From Nitrospira sp. (GTDB lineage: Bacteria > Nitrospirota > Nitrospiria > Nitrospirales > Nitrospiraceae), in the NCBI GenBank assembly GCA_047150005.1, contig AP038806.1:2560001-2624000 (forward strand): 64,000 bases of DNA, in the 5' to 3' direction. The notes under the pieces are model-generated. The model saw nothing but the letters and a program-made list of their open reading frames with translations, was not told where the DNA came from and made no database searches. The first letter of the stretch is position 1. Each line of letters starts with the position of its first letter. A program made the translations under genes and the position numbers. Shown here one piece after another: positions 29,590 through 37,849 of the stretch.

Positions 29590-30726
29590 ATCGGCACCAG
29601 TCTGGTTCGCCTGAGCACTGGCGTGCACCAGATAGATCTGTGACGCATTGCAATCCGCGCGAACGCATAGTTGGGGTATGGAATCCGCACGACTTCCCTT
29701 GAACCGGAGTGCGGCGGATGCCTGTCCATGTGCATCCGCGATTGACTGCCCCGCAGCCACGGCGTCATAAAATACCTCGTAGAACCGGATAGCTTCAACG
29801 TCCTCAATATCGTCCTTCACGCCAAGCGTGCAGGATACGACTTCAGACACTCGGAGCGCGCAGGCATACGACCTGCATGTATCAACGATTACTAGCTGAA
29901 CATCGCGGCCTAGCGAACTCAACAGACCTGCTAGTGCCTCGTCGGGTACGACGATCTCACCGCCACTCGCCGATCTAAAGAGGACGTCCCCTCCGTTCTG
30001 ATTCCCGGCGATGTGTACAACCTGGGGCCGGTAGGCGTTCAATTTTGAGAATAGATTCACCTCCGTGACGTCGAACTCCGGTTTCAGTTCGAATTGACTA
30101 GCAAAACGGGACCGCGTTAGAACCATGGCGAGCGTCTTGTACTGCCCCTCCAGATCTAGGCCTCGACCCACATCACATGCCAGAAACTGGCAGCGCACAG
30201 GGCCGGATCGATTAGGAGCCGGACTCCTGGGCGTCAGTTGACTACTCGAATCCGGCGGCCAAGTCGGGCGGGTCGTCACGACCCGTTGGGCTGCTGGCAA
30301 ACCGACTTTAGCCGCACGCATGCCTGCGAGCAGAACCCGCCGCGCCTCATCCTGGGACTTCCCGACGAGGTCAACGTAGACGAGATCGCGAAACTGATCA
30401 GGGATGTCACAGGGTTCGATTCGCACAGGCACAACACGCCGCTTTTGCCCGAGCGGATCCTTAGCCACGGCGGAGTGCATTTCCAGAGAGGCAAACTGCG
30501 ACTTGAAATAGGCGCTCGAAAGCACGGCCACAAGCTGGCTGGCATTCTGCAACCACTGCCGCATGCCCTGCACGAAGCGGCTTCCCGGTGGAAAGTGCTC
30601 GACCTGCATCCTGTACGTAAACCCCCCTCTCTCGAGCTCCCAGGCGATCCATTTCGCCCACGGTTCATCTGACGCTGTGTAACTTATGAAGAAGTCAACG
30701 CTTTGCTGGCCTTCGATCAGTGCCAT
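29584..30726 (-). CDS. TIR domain fused to a degenerate CHAT/caspase-like domain (gene cassette)
   Basis: DFFISY...WIAWELE...VLSSAYFKSQFASLE...YVDL; C-terminal PQVVHIAGNQ and LVIVDTC. Confidence 0.85.
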   Translation of the reverse strand: MALIEGQQSVDFFISYTASDEPWAKWIAWELERGGFTYRMQVEHFPPGSRFVQGMRQWLQNASQLVAVLSSAYFKSQFASLEMHSAVAKDPLGQKRRVVPVRIEPCDIPDQFRDLVYVDLVGKSQDEARRVLLAGMRAAKVGLPAAQRVVTTRPTWPPDSSSQLTPRSPAPNRSGPVRCQFLACDVGRGLDLEGQYKTLAMVLTRSRFASQFELKPEFDVTEVNLFSKLNAYRPQVVHIAGNQNGGDVLFRSASGGEIVVPDEALAGLLSSLGRDVQLVIVDTCRSYACALRVSEVVSCTLGVKDDIEDVEAIRFYEVFYDAVAAGQSIADAHGQASAALRFKGSRADSIPQLCVRADCNASQIYLVHASAQANQTGADV

Positions 30727-30756
30727 TTCAGTGTCTCCCTGCGTTTCCTTCTGAGT

Positions 30757-30836
30757 GTCTAGTAGTAGGCATCACCTGCTGCCGGCAGACCAGCAGCGCG
30801 AGCCTGTAGCCGGTCAGATGCCTGCACTTGTTAGGC
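30757..30836 (-). mobile_element. attC site with mutated R' core
   Basis: Minus strand GCCTAAC...AGGCATC...GATGCCT...ACTAGAC (GTTAGAC expected). Confidence 0.7.
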
Positions 30837-30877
30837 AAAGCCTTTCACTGCACGGATATGTTGCGCACTGTCGTCCG

Positions 30878-31834
30878 TTATCCCGGCAGCACATCCAGTT
30901 TCTTCGCGAACAAGGCAGTCACTAGCCCGAATCCCTTCTCTGTGGGATGCAGCTCGTTGGCCCAGAATTGCTTGTAGTTGTCATTTGTCGAGAGCGTGCT
31001 TCGCAGGTTTACATAGGTGACATGGCTGAATTCCGGCAGTGCCGCAACCTGAGCAAGCATCGTATTGAGGCGGTCGATCAGCTCTTTCGCAATAGCCTTG
31101 CGGACGCTCATGACATCAAAGCCCTTCTCGCGAAATCCGGGTTCAAGCCAGGGACCTGGCAATAACCACCATCCGCCGAGAAAACCGCGTCCGTCCGGTA
31201 CCGGGTAATCATAGCCGTGAACCAGGATCGGGATGGGGCGCTGCAGCCAGCGGCGGCAAATCTGTGTTAGCGCGGCCAGGATCGTGACATATGCGATACG
31301 GATCCGCTGATCGATCACACCGGCAACAATCTGCTCATTCAGACCAGCCACAGCAGATGCCGCATGATTCAGTAGCATTCCGAACTCCGGCCCCGCAACG
31401 TCATTCCCGCCGCCTGAGAGTAGAATGGCCTTCGGGACACGGTTTTGGCGAAGCAGTTTCTCGAGCCGGCGAGAAAACTCTTCGAGTTGACCGTCGGCGT
31501 ATGCCATCTCCTCGACGCGGTCACCTTTGTGCGCCACCGACTCAACGTCGTAGCCATAGTCATCCTCAAGCAACCCAAGGACATCAGTCCAAGGATAGTC
31601 GAACCACGAATCGCCCTCCGCGAGGATGAGACCGGCCGAGCCGACGGCAGTCCTTAAGACTTTGGGAACACTGATCGCCTCCATCACCCGCTCGCGTGCC
31701 GGACGCCGCCTGGCAGCACGTTTCGCGATGGCACGCGTCCGAGTTCGCAGCGCCTCTATCCGGACTCCAATGATGATGTTTGCCGACCGACGACCGATTT
31801 CAAGCGCGCGTCGGGTAGCCTTGTCCTTCGCCAT
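30878..31834 (-). CDS. SGNH/GDSL hydrolase with Arg-rich N-terminal extension
   Basis: EGDSWF, SGGGND and NELHP blocks; no signal peptide. Confidence 0.85.
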   Translation of the reverse strand: MAKDKATRRALEIGRRSANIIIGVRIEALRTRTRAIAKRAARRRPARERVMEAISVPKVLRTAVGSAGLILAEGDSWFDYPWTDVLGLLEDDYGYDVESVAHKGDRVEEMAYADGQLEEFSRRLEKLLRQNRVPKAILLSGGGNDVAGPEFGMLLNHAASAVAGLNEQIVAGVIDQRIRIAYVTILAALTQICRRWLQRPIPILVHGYDYPVPDGRGFLGGWWLLPGPWLEPGFREKGFDVMSVRKAIAKELIDRLNTMLAQVAALPEFSHVTYVNLRSTLSTNDNYKQFWANELHPTEKGFGLVTALFAKKLDVLPG

Positions 31835-31857
31835 GCCGATCCTCCATTGGTTAGTAG

Positions 31858-33900
31858 TCAGCGCGACGGACGGTTCAGGTTCAGGTTTAGGTCGAGCTGA
31901 CGCATCGGATCACCGTAGTGCTGGTACGCGGCCCAGGAGGGACCAAAAGTTTCGCGGTCATCATAAAGCTTCTTTCGGGCTTCCTGGACGGCCTTTCCGA
32001 TTGGCAGTGTAAGGCCGTTGCCGCCGGACAACAGCGTGTCGTAGAAATGGGTGGCGAAGAGTCTTGCCGGTTCCGATGGGACTTCCCACGCGGCCCCGAT
32101 GTAATCGAATACACCCTGCTTGAAGAATTCGTCCGCGAGGCCGGCCACTAGGAGCGGGTGCCCAGGCAGCGTCCCGTCTGGGGAAGACCGGGTGCCGTCG
32201 GCCTCCCCATTTTTTGAAAGTTGTGCCGACAGACAGGCATTGGCCATGACGAGTTTCGGTGCTTCCTCCATACCCTGAAGCTCATTGGCCGTGAGAGTCC
32301 CTCCTTCGAATATCCAACCTGTGAGGTCCGCATTGCTCTCGTCGAATGTGGCATGCCCACAGTAGTGAACGATATCGAATCCACCATTGAGGAGTAGCTC
32401 AATCACGTCCTCATACAATGCGGGAGGAACGCCAGATATCATGCCGGCGCCGGTACCTGGCTGCGGACTGCCAATCAGCAAAGTGGTTTCAACTCCATGC
32501 TTCCTGAGAGTTGATGCGATGATCTCTCCCTCCTTCTGTCCTCCATTCAGCGGAAATTGCGGCCCCCCCGGATCGGCGATGACAAGCGCCTTGAGTCCTG
32601 GCCGGACGACCGGTTGAAATGGCCGGGGGCTATAGAGCGTCCGCAGCTGCCGCGCTAGGGGCCGCACGACAGCCAATGGGGCAGCGGCCTTGTCCGAAGG
32701 CAACGCCTCCCAGTGGACTGCTGCGAGAGACCGGTCTACTTCGATGATGAGCGGGTCAAAGCGGATGAAGACATCCTTGAGATCCTTGTGAAGGACGAAG
32801 CGGCATAGCTTCTTGGCATGATCCAGCACCGCCGTTGGTTCATCCTGTAGGCTGTTCGCGGCGCGTTGCACCAGCGGAAGCCGATTCGGAATAATGAGCT
32901 CTGTGACCGTCGTCGTGTTCGTGATCGCGGTCGCATGGATGTCCTTGTTGAGTGCCCAGAACGACACGCGAGTCGGCACATCCAACGGGTCGTTACCATC
33001 ATCCGGTTCACGAAGACGGAATTGCATCGCCATCTCGCGGATCGCGACTTCCTTCTTACTTCCACAATGATTCATTTTCTTGAGGCGTTCCTCTACGCTC
33101 TTGCGAGTAGAGTCGGGCAGTTGCGCAAGGACATCGTGAAGTGCACGCGTCATGGTTGAGCTGCGCGCACCTCCATTGCCTGTGGCCAACGCAGCGAGCA
33201 TCATTGAACATCCAAAGTCCGGGGAAATGTGACCACCGCTGTTCTCGATGAGATTGCCGTGCGGAGCCAATAAGAGTCCGCCACGTTTGCGCATCTCAGG
33301 GTTCAGTTGCTCGGTGCTGCGCTTGACGCATTGGAGAACCTCCAAGGCTCGGTCGAGATCCCGTTCGACTATCTGCAGCCGTTCTAGGCCGAGAGGTCCT
33401 CCATCGAACGCGCTGCTGACCCCTTCTAGAAAGGCGTGGACTGCGTCTTTTACTTTGAGATTGCCTTTGCCGGAGCCAATTAACACAGTGCCCAGCGTTC
33501 TATGCTCCGGAAGCAGGCCAACAACCTGCGCGATTGAGCGGGCCAGAACTCGTAGCTGGCTGACGCCGAACGTTCCAAACGGCCCCATTCCAGCCAATGC
33601 CAGGGCTCGACCCTTCGGCAAAGGAAAGAAGATCACCTCGCCGAGGTTTCCGCGAATTGCCCCACGTCTTGTCAGCTCGGTAATGAGCAGCCTTTCCCCG
33701 TCCTTTCCGTTCGTGCCAGATACGAGTTCGTCAAGCTTTCGTTCGGCGGTCTGCGGAATTACGCCGATATAGTGGCCGACCGCCAGCACATCGGCGTCGA
33801 CGTTCTGAATCGCACCCCACACCACTTCAATGTGCAATTCCGTCTCCGATGGATGGGCCAGCTGACGAGCTTGGTGATATGCTTTCGTCCTTTTCGGCAT
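31858..33900 (-). CDS. Macro-like/M17-N domain fused to a CHAT caspase-like protease
   Basis: C-terminal HWEAL, LVIADP, IVHYCGH, MANAC and WAAYQHYGDP; start placed at the ATG after GGAGGG RBS. Confidence 0.85.
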   Translation of the reverse strand: MPKRTKAYHQARQLAHPSETELHIEVVWGAIQNVDADVLAVGHYIGVIPQTAERKLDELVSGTNGKDGERLLITELTRRGAIRGNLGEVIFFPLPKGRALALAGMGPFGTFGVSQLRVLARSIAQVVGLLPEHRTLGTVLIGSGKGNLKVKDAVHAFLEGVSSAFDGGPLGLERLQIVERDLDRALEVLQCVKRSTEQLNPEMRKRGGLLLAPHGNLIENSGGHISPDFGCSMMLAALATGNGGARSSTMTRALHDVLAQLPDSTRKSVEERLKKMNHCGSKKEVAIREMAMQFRLREPDDGNDPLDVPTRVSFWALNKDIHATAITNTTTVTELIIPNRLPLVQRAANSLQDEPTAVLDHAKKLCRFVLHKDLKDVFIRFDPLIIEVDRSLAAVHWEALPSDKAAAPLAVVRPLARQLRTLYSPRPFQPVVRPGLKALVIADPGGPQFPLNGGQKEGEIIASTLRKHGVETTLLIGSPQPGTGAGMISGVPPALYEDVIELLLNGGFDIVHYCGHATFDESNADLTGWIFEGGTLTANELQGMEEAPKLVMANACLSAQLSKNGEADGTRSSPDGTLPGHPLLVAGLADEFFKQGVFDYIGAAWEVPSEPARLFATHFYDTLLSGGNGLTLPIGKAVQEARKKLYDDRETFGPSWAAYQHYGDPMRQLDLNLNLNRPSR

Positions 33901-33904
33901 TGGC

Positions 33905-34948
33905 TTACCCTCCTCGTCGCCGCTTGCCCAGCCCCTTGCTCCTGGCAGGACCGGTGCGGCCTCGAGTTTGGATCTTGGGTACCCTGGAGGCCCAGACCGT
34001 CGCCCGTGTGACGTCTTCGCCACGGCATCCGGTGGACGGGCACACCAGAGAAACGTAACAGGTTCCGTTCGTCACGAAGTCGTTTTCTCCGCGAACCAGA
34101 ATGCCTTCCACGGTCATATTGCGCGCGTTGAGGACCGGTGAGCCGGAGTTGCCGCCGTATGTATCGAGGTTCGCGACGAAGAATGGGGCCGGACTATTGT
34201 CCCGTACCTTGGCGCCTGGGGCATATTTCTGAGGAAGGCCACAGGGGTGGCCGATGACGAAAACTGACTCTCGGTCGGCAATCTTCCCTTTAGTGCGAAA
34301 CGGAATAGGTTTGCGCCCACTTACCGGTCGATCAAGGCGGATGAGAGCCCAGTCGGTTCCGTCGGAGGCAAGCTGCCGACCGACTAGCTTCGCGCCGGCA
34401 TACACATCGTCCGGACCGAAGGTCGTGCGGACTCGCTGGCTATCGATCATCCGGAAGCCAAATACAAACCGGATATTCGCAAGATCTTGTTGACTCTTCA
34501 CACAATGACCTGCCGTCACCACAATGTCCGGCGTCACCAGGAAGCCGGAGCAAAAGCACCCGGTCTGTTGTGAAACGAACGGCTCGCTTCCGCAGAGCTG
34601 ATAGGCTTGCTGGTAAGACTCGGTCGTCAGTGTATAGGTGTCGTTGCCATCGCGCTGGAGGTCGGTCGATTTAACAAGTGCCACGACCGCGTCCGCGGCG
34701 GCGCGTACCTTCCTCGATCTGACCTGGTAGAGATCCTTGCGGTTATCGAGGCCATATATGACTCGCTGCCGGTCTTGCACGAGCTTGGTGAGTTGATGCG
34801 TCGGAATGTCCACCAGTTCCCGCGAGCGGCCGGATGGAGCCGGCGCAGCACGCTCCCGCTCCTGTCCACCCGCGGCAAACCGTTCACGACGACGTACCTC
34901 GGCGACCAGTTCATCGGCCGTCCACTCCTTGAGTGTCGAATCATCCAT
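33905..34948 (-). CDS. Trypsin-fold serine protease (V8/S1B-like) with pro-region
   Basis: TAGHC, DWALIRL and DTYGGNSGSP triad motifs; AGGAG RBS. Confidence 0.9.
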   Translation of the reverse strand: MDDSTLKEWTADELVAEVRRRERFAAGGQERERAAPAPSGRSRELVDIPTHQLTKLVQDRQRVIYGLDNRKDLYQVRSRKVRAAADAVVALVKSTDLQRDGNDTYTLTTESYQQAYQLCGSEPFVSQQTGCFCSGFLVTPDIVVTAGHCVKSQQDLANIRFVFGFRMIDSQRVRTTFGPDDVYAGAKLVGRQLASDGTDWALIRLDRPVSGRKPIPFRTKGKIADRESVFVIGHPCGLPQKYAPGAKVRDNSPAPFFVANLDTYGGNSGSPVLNARNMTVEGILVRGENDFVTNGTCYVSLVCPSTGCRGEDVTRATVWASRVPKIQTRGRTGPARSKGLGKRRRGG

Positions 34949-34968
34949 GGCGTGACTCCTCTGCTGCC

Positions 34969-35955
34969 TCACGTCGACTTCGGAAGGTTAACTCCTGGAA
35001 GCCCATTGATCCAGCTGCGGTAGCGGTCAAGCCGGACATAGACCCCACCATCCCCGCAGTTGTGCATCGCGCTGTCGGTCGCGCGAGATGTCGCGCCGGC
35101 GAGCAGCCATTGATCGTCATCGGCGAGAATATAGAACGGCCCGCCGCTGTCCCCTGTGCACGTGTCCTGTTGGAGCAGTGGACGGCCGGCAACGAACTCA
35201 AATCCTGGGTCGCAGCCGTATGAAACCTTGTCATCCTCTCCATCGACTTTGCCGCGGCAGGCATTAGACGCAATCGGCACATCGACGAAGCGTTTCACGC
35301 CGTAGCCGAAGAATCCACCCGGGTCAGTATTCCCAAATCCCACGACACGGCCGTCGGTCGCCTTATCGATCAAGGTCTTCTTGGCAATCTTGCGCGGCTG
35401 TACGGTAGTCACGTTTTCACCCAGCAGCAGAACCATGAGATCATTGTGTTTGCCCTTATGATACTGGGGGTGGCGGACGCGCTTCCTGACGCGAACGACC
35501 GTGCCTGCTTTGGTCACATCTGAACCGAGGAAGATTCTGGTAGCGACCTCTGCGCAATGTCCAGCCGTAACAACCACGTTCGCCGCGATCAGTGTCCCGG
35601 AGCACCCCCATTGCGCGTCATTGCCGACGGCCACGCAGTCTAGAAATTCCTTGGGTGGGGTTTTGGCGCCGCCGATAATCCGCAGTCCACCCAGAGTGCG
35701 TCGGGCCAGCTCACGTGCATTTTTCAAATACCGTGGGTCATTGTAGATTTGGAAGCTTCTGGTCGGCGTCTCGGGCGACGCCATTGGAAGCTTCCGCTCG
35801 TGCCCTCGCTTCTCCGTCGAGCTTCGGAAATGCTGGTTTAGAACCCTCACGAATTCGGCATTGTCTCGGCCAGCATGCTCATTGGCGTATTCAATGGCGC
35901 GGCGAACTGCTGATTCGCGGTCATCAGCTGGCGCATCGATATGTGGTTGGTACAT
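34969..35955 (-). CDS. Trypsin (S1A-like) serine protease with pro-region
   Basis: R-IIGG, TAGHC, NDLM, DTCTGDSGGP. Confidence 0.92.
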   Translation of the reverse strand: MYQPHIDAPADDRESAVRRAIEYANEHAGRDNAEFVRVLNQHFRSSTEKRGHERKLPMASPETPTRSFQIYNDPRYLKNARELARRTLGGLRIIGGAKTPPKEFLDCVAVGNDAQWGCSGTLIAANVVVTAGHCAEVATRIFLGSDVTKAGTVVRVRKRVRHPQYHKGKHNDLMVLLLGENVTTVQPRKIAKKTLIDKATDGRVVGFGNTDPGGFFGYGVKRFVDVPIASNACRGKVDGEDDKVSYGCDPGFEFVAGRPLLQQDTCTGDSGGPFYILADDDQWLLAGATSRATDSAMHNCGDGGVYVRLDRYRSWINGLPGVNLPKST

Positions 35956-36365
35956 AGACCCTCTCTCTCCAAATTTGAAGGAGACATACTCTAGGTAGCC
36001 CCTTCGATTTAGTGGACAAGTGATTGTTAGGCCGCGTGATTTATCTCCCTTCCAGTCTTGTTCGGGGAGAAACGACTAAGCCTTTCAATGCCTAGGAGAG
36101 TAGCTCTCAGGTGTAGACCGTCTGATACCTCCTTTGGTGCAGAGATGTCAGAATCTACGTTTCGCAGTAACTAAATGATGCGTGCTCTAGGGCTCACAAC
36201 CAAAAACCTGTTCGCTGCTGCAGCCCAAGCAAGGATTAGACCCGTACAGAACACGTATTTTGAGGGATTCTGGGGTTGAAAGAGGGCTCACCTGAATCTA
36301 TTCCTGCCAACCGAGGATCAAATTCGATTCAGTTAAGCCGAGTCGGAAACCCTGACAAATGCAGC

Positions 36366-37730
36366 TCACCAGTACAAACCTTCAGGTCTGGGGCAGGCAT
36401 CCAAGAGGGTCTTGAGTAGGAGGTCTTGATCACGTGGCGGAAACACATCTGCCACGCGCTTCGTCGTCACGCAGTCATCCGAGAGTTGTATTTGCGCGAT
36501 CACCAAGTGGCCATAGTAATTCTGCCGGTACCAAGTGCTTCCGACAAGGCAGCCAGCGCTTTGACGATCAACTCGTGGAGGGAGCTGTCTGGCCCAATCG
36601 GAGTCACCCCAATCGACATGCTGTATGCTCCGAAACGCAATCGCTCGGTCCCACTCAACGAAGACATAAAGAACCCGCGCAGCGCTTTGCGGGGGCCTCT
36701 CAAACCTACCGTCACTCATCTGCGCCTGCGTAAAGAAGAGCGCCGTATCTACGTCCGAGGTGATGTCGAGTATGCTGGCGAGATATCCGTACATTTGTAG
36801 CACCCACACCCAGGCGCTGTACTTGTAGTGAGCTAGAAACCACTGCCGCAGATCGTCCACCGCTGTCGGCACGCGAGGGTCAATGGCCATCTCTGCGAGT
36901 AATCCAGAGAACACCATGTCATCGTCGTCTCGCAGCGCCTGCTCCAAGCGATCTCTGAACTCCGGGTAGTGATCAAGCCACATCGGGTTTTGGCGAATTA
37001 CCCAGACTAGAAATGGCTTCTTCCACCAATGACTTGAGCCAGCGAAGGCATACCCAAAATCGACCTTTCCTGGGTTGCTTAGTGCAAATCGACCAAGGGA
37101 TGGAACCAGCGAAGGGTACTGGTGGACGAATGGCAGCGCCTCTACCAAAGGCGCATGGTAGGATTCTGGATACTCTCGTCGTTGTCCTCGGAGCCACAGC
37201 TTCGCCACTCGTCTGTGCCGCGAAATTGATGCCTGGATCTCAGCAAGAATTCTAGTAATCTCAGCAACCGATTCGGCCTGATAGTCCTTGATAGGAAAAC
37301 CAAGCCACTCTCTCATCCCGTCGAAATCTTCGAACAGCCGGTCTTTCTTGTCTCGTTCCTGAGGATGGAGGTGCACTCGAGCGTAGGCGGTGTTCAATAG
37401 CTCCGCGTCCTCATCTAGAAGGCTCTCGCCATTCAGCGTGAGCGGATTCGTGGGACGGAAACACAGACCAGAGATCTTGTCGCGCACGCGAAGCACAATG
37501 CGCTTGGTCGGGTCAAGCTGATCCTCAGCGTGCGAGAGAAGACCGCTGATCATCATGGCGCGCTCCGTCATGAGCTGCCTTTCACGGGGGCGCCAAGTCA
37601 CAAAGTGAAGGTCACCTTCGCTAGACGCGATGAGCTCCCGGATTGACGCAGGAGCTCCGGCGATACCTTCGCCAATTGTCTCGTCCCACGTTTGAAGATC
37701 GCCTTGCGGGTATGAGAACTGGTCAATCAT
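36366..37730 (-). CDS. Hypothetical cassette protein (454 aa)
   Basis: Long ORF starting about 25 bp after an attC GTT core; no recognised motif. Confidence 0.7.
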   Translation of the reverse strand: MIDQFSYPQGDLQTWDETIGEGIAGAPASIRELIASSEGDLHFVTWRPRERQLMTERAMMISGLLSHAEDQLDPTKRIVLRVRDKISGLCFRPTNPLTLNGESLLDEDAELLNTAYARVHLHPQERDKKDRLFEDFDGMREWLGFPIKDYQAESVAEITRILAEIQASISRHRRVAKLWLRGQRREYPESYHAPLVEALPFVHQYPSLVPSLGRFALSNPGKVDFGYAFAGSSHWWKKPFLVWVIRQNPMWLDHYPEFRDRLEQALRDDDDMVFSGLLAEMAIDPRVPTAVDDLRQWFLAHYKYSAWVWVLQMYGYLASILDITSDVDTALFFTQAQMSDGRFERPPQSAARVLYVFVEWDRAIAFRSIQHVDWGDSDWARQLPPRVDRQSAGCLVGSTWYRQNYYGHLVIAQIQLSDDCVTTKRVADVFPPRDQDLLLKTLLDACPRPEGLYW

Positions 37731-37753
37731 GGTCTATCGGTGCCGTCTTGTCC

Positions 37754-37834
37754 GCCCAACGTCGCGATTGACCGTCCCACAACAGCGGCGCGGCGCGATG
37801 CTGTTGTGGGTCCGTGTCGAATCGCATTTTAGCC
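37754..37834 (-). mobile_element. attC site (R'' variant GGCTAAA)
   Basis: Minus strand GGCTAAA-ATGCGATTCGAC...CCCACAACAGC/GCTGTTGTGGG...GTCAATCGCGAC-GTTGGGC. Confidence 0.8.
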
Positions 37835-37849
37835 GTATCCAAAGTCACC

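Noticed and set aside
33901..34023. Longer 721-aa start for the CHAT gene
   Set aside because: It overlaps the upstream protease by 119 bp; the ATG at 33900 has a good RBS right after the upstream stop.
36026..36032. GTTAGGC as a full attC or second attI
   Set aside because: Only an isolated core; no paired arms found.
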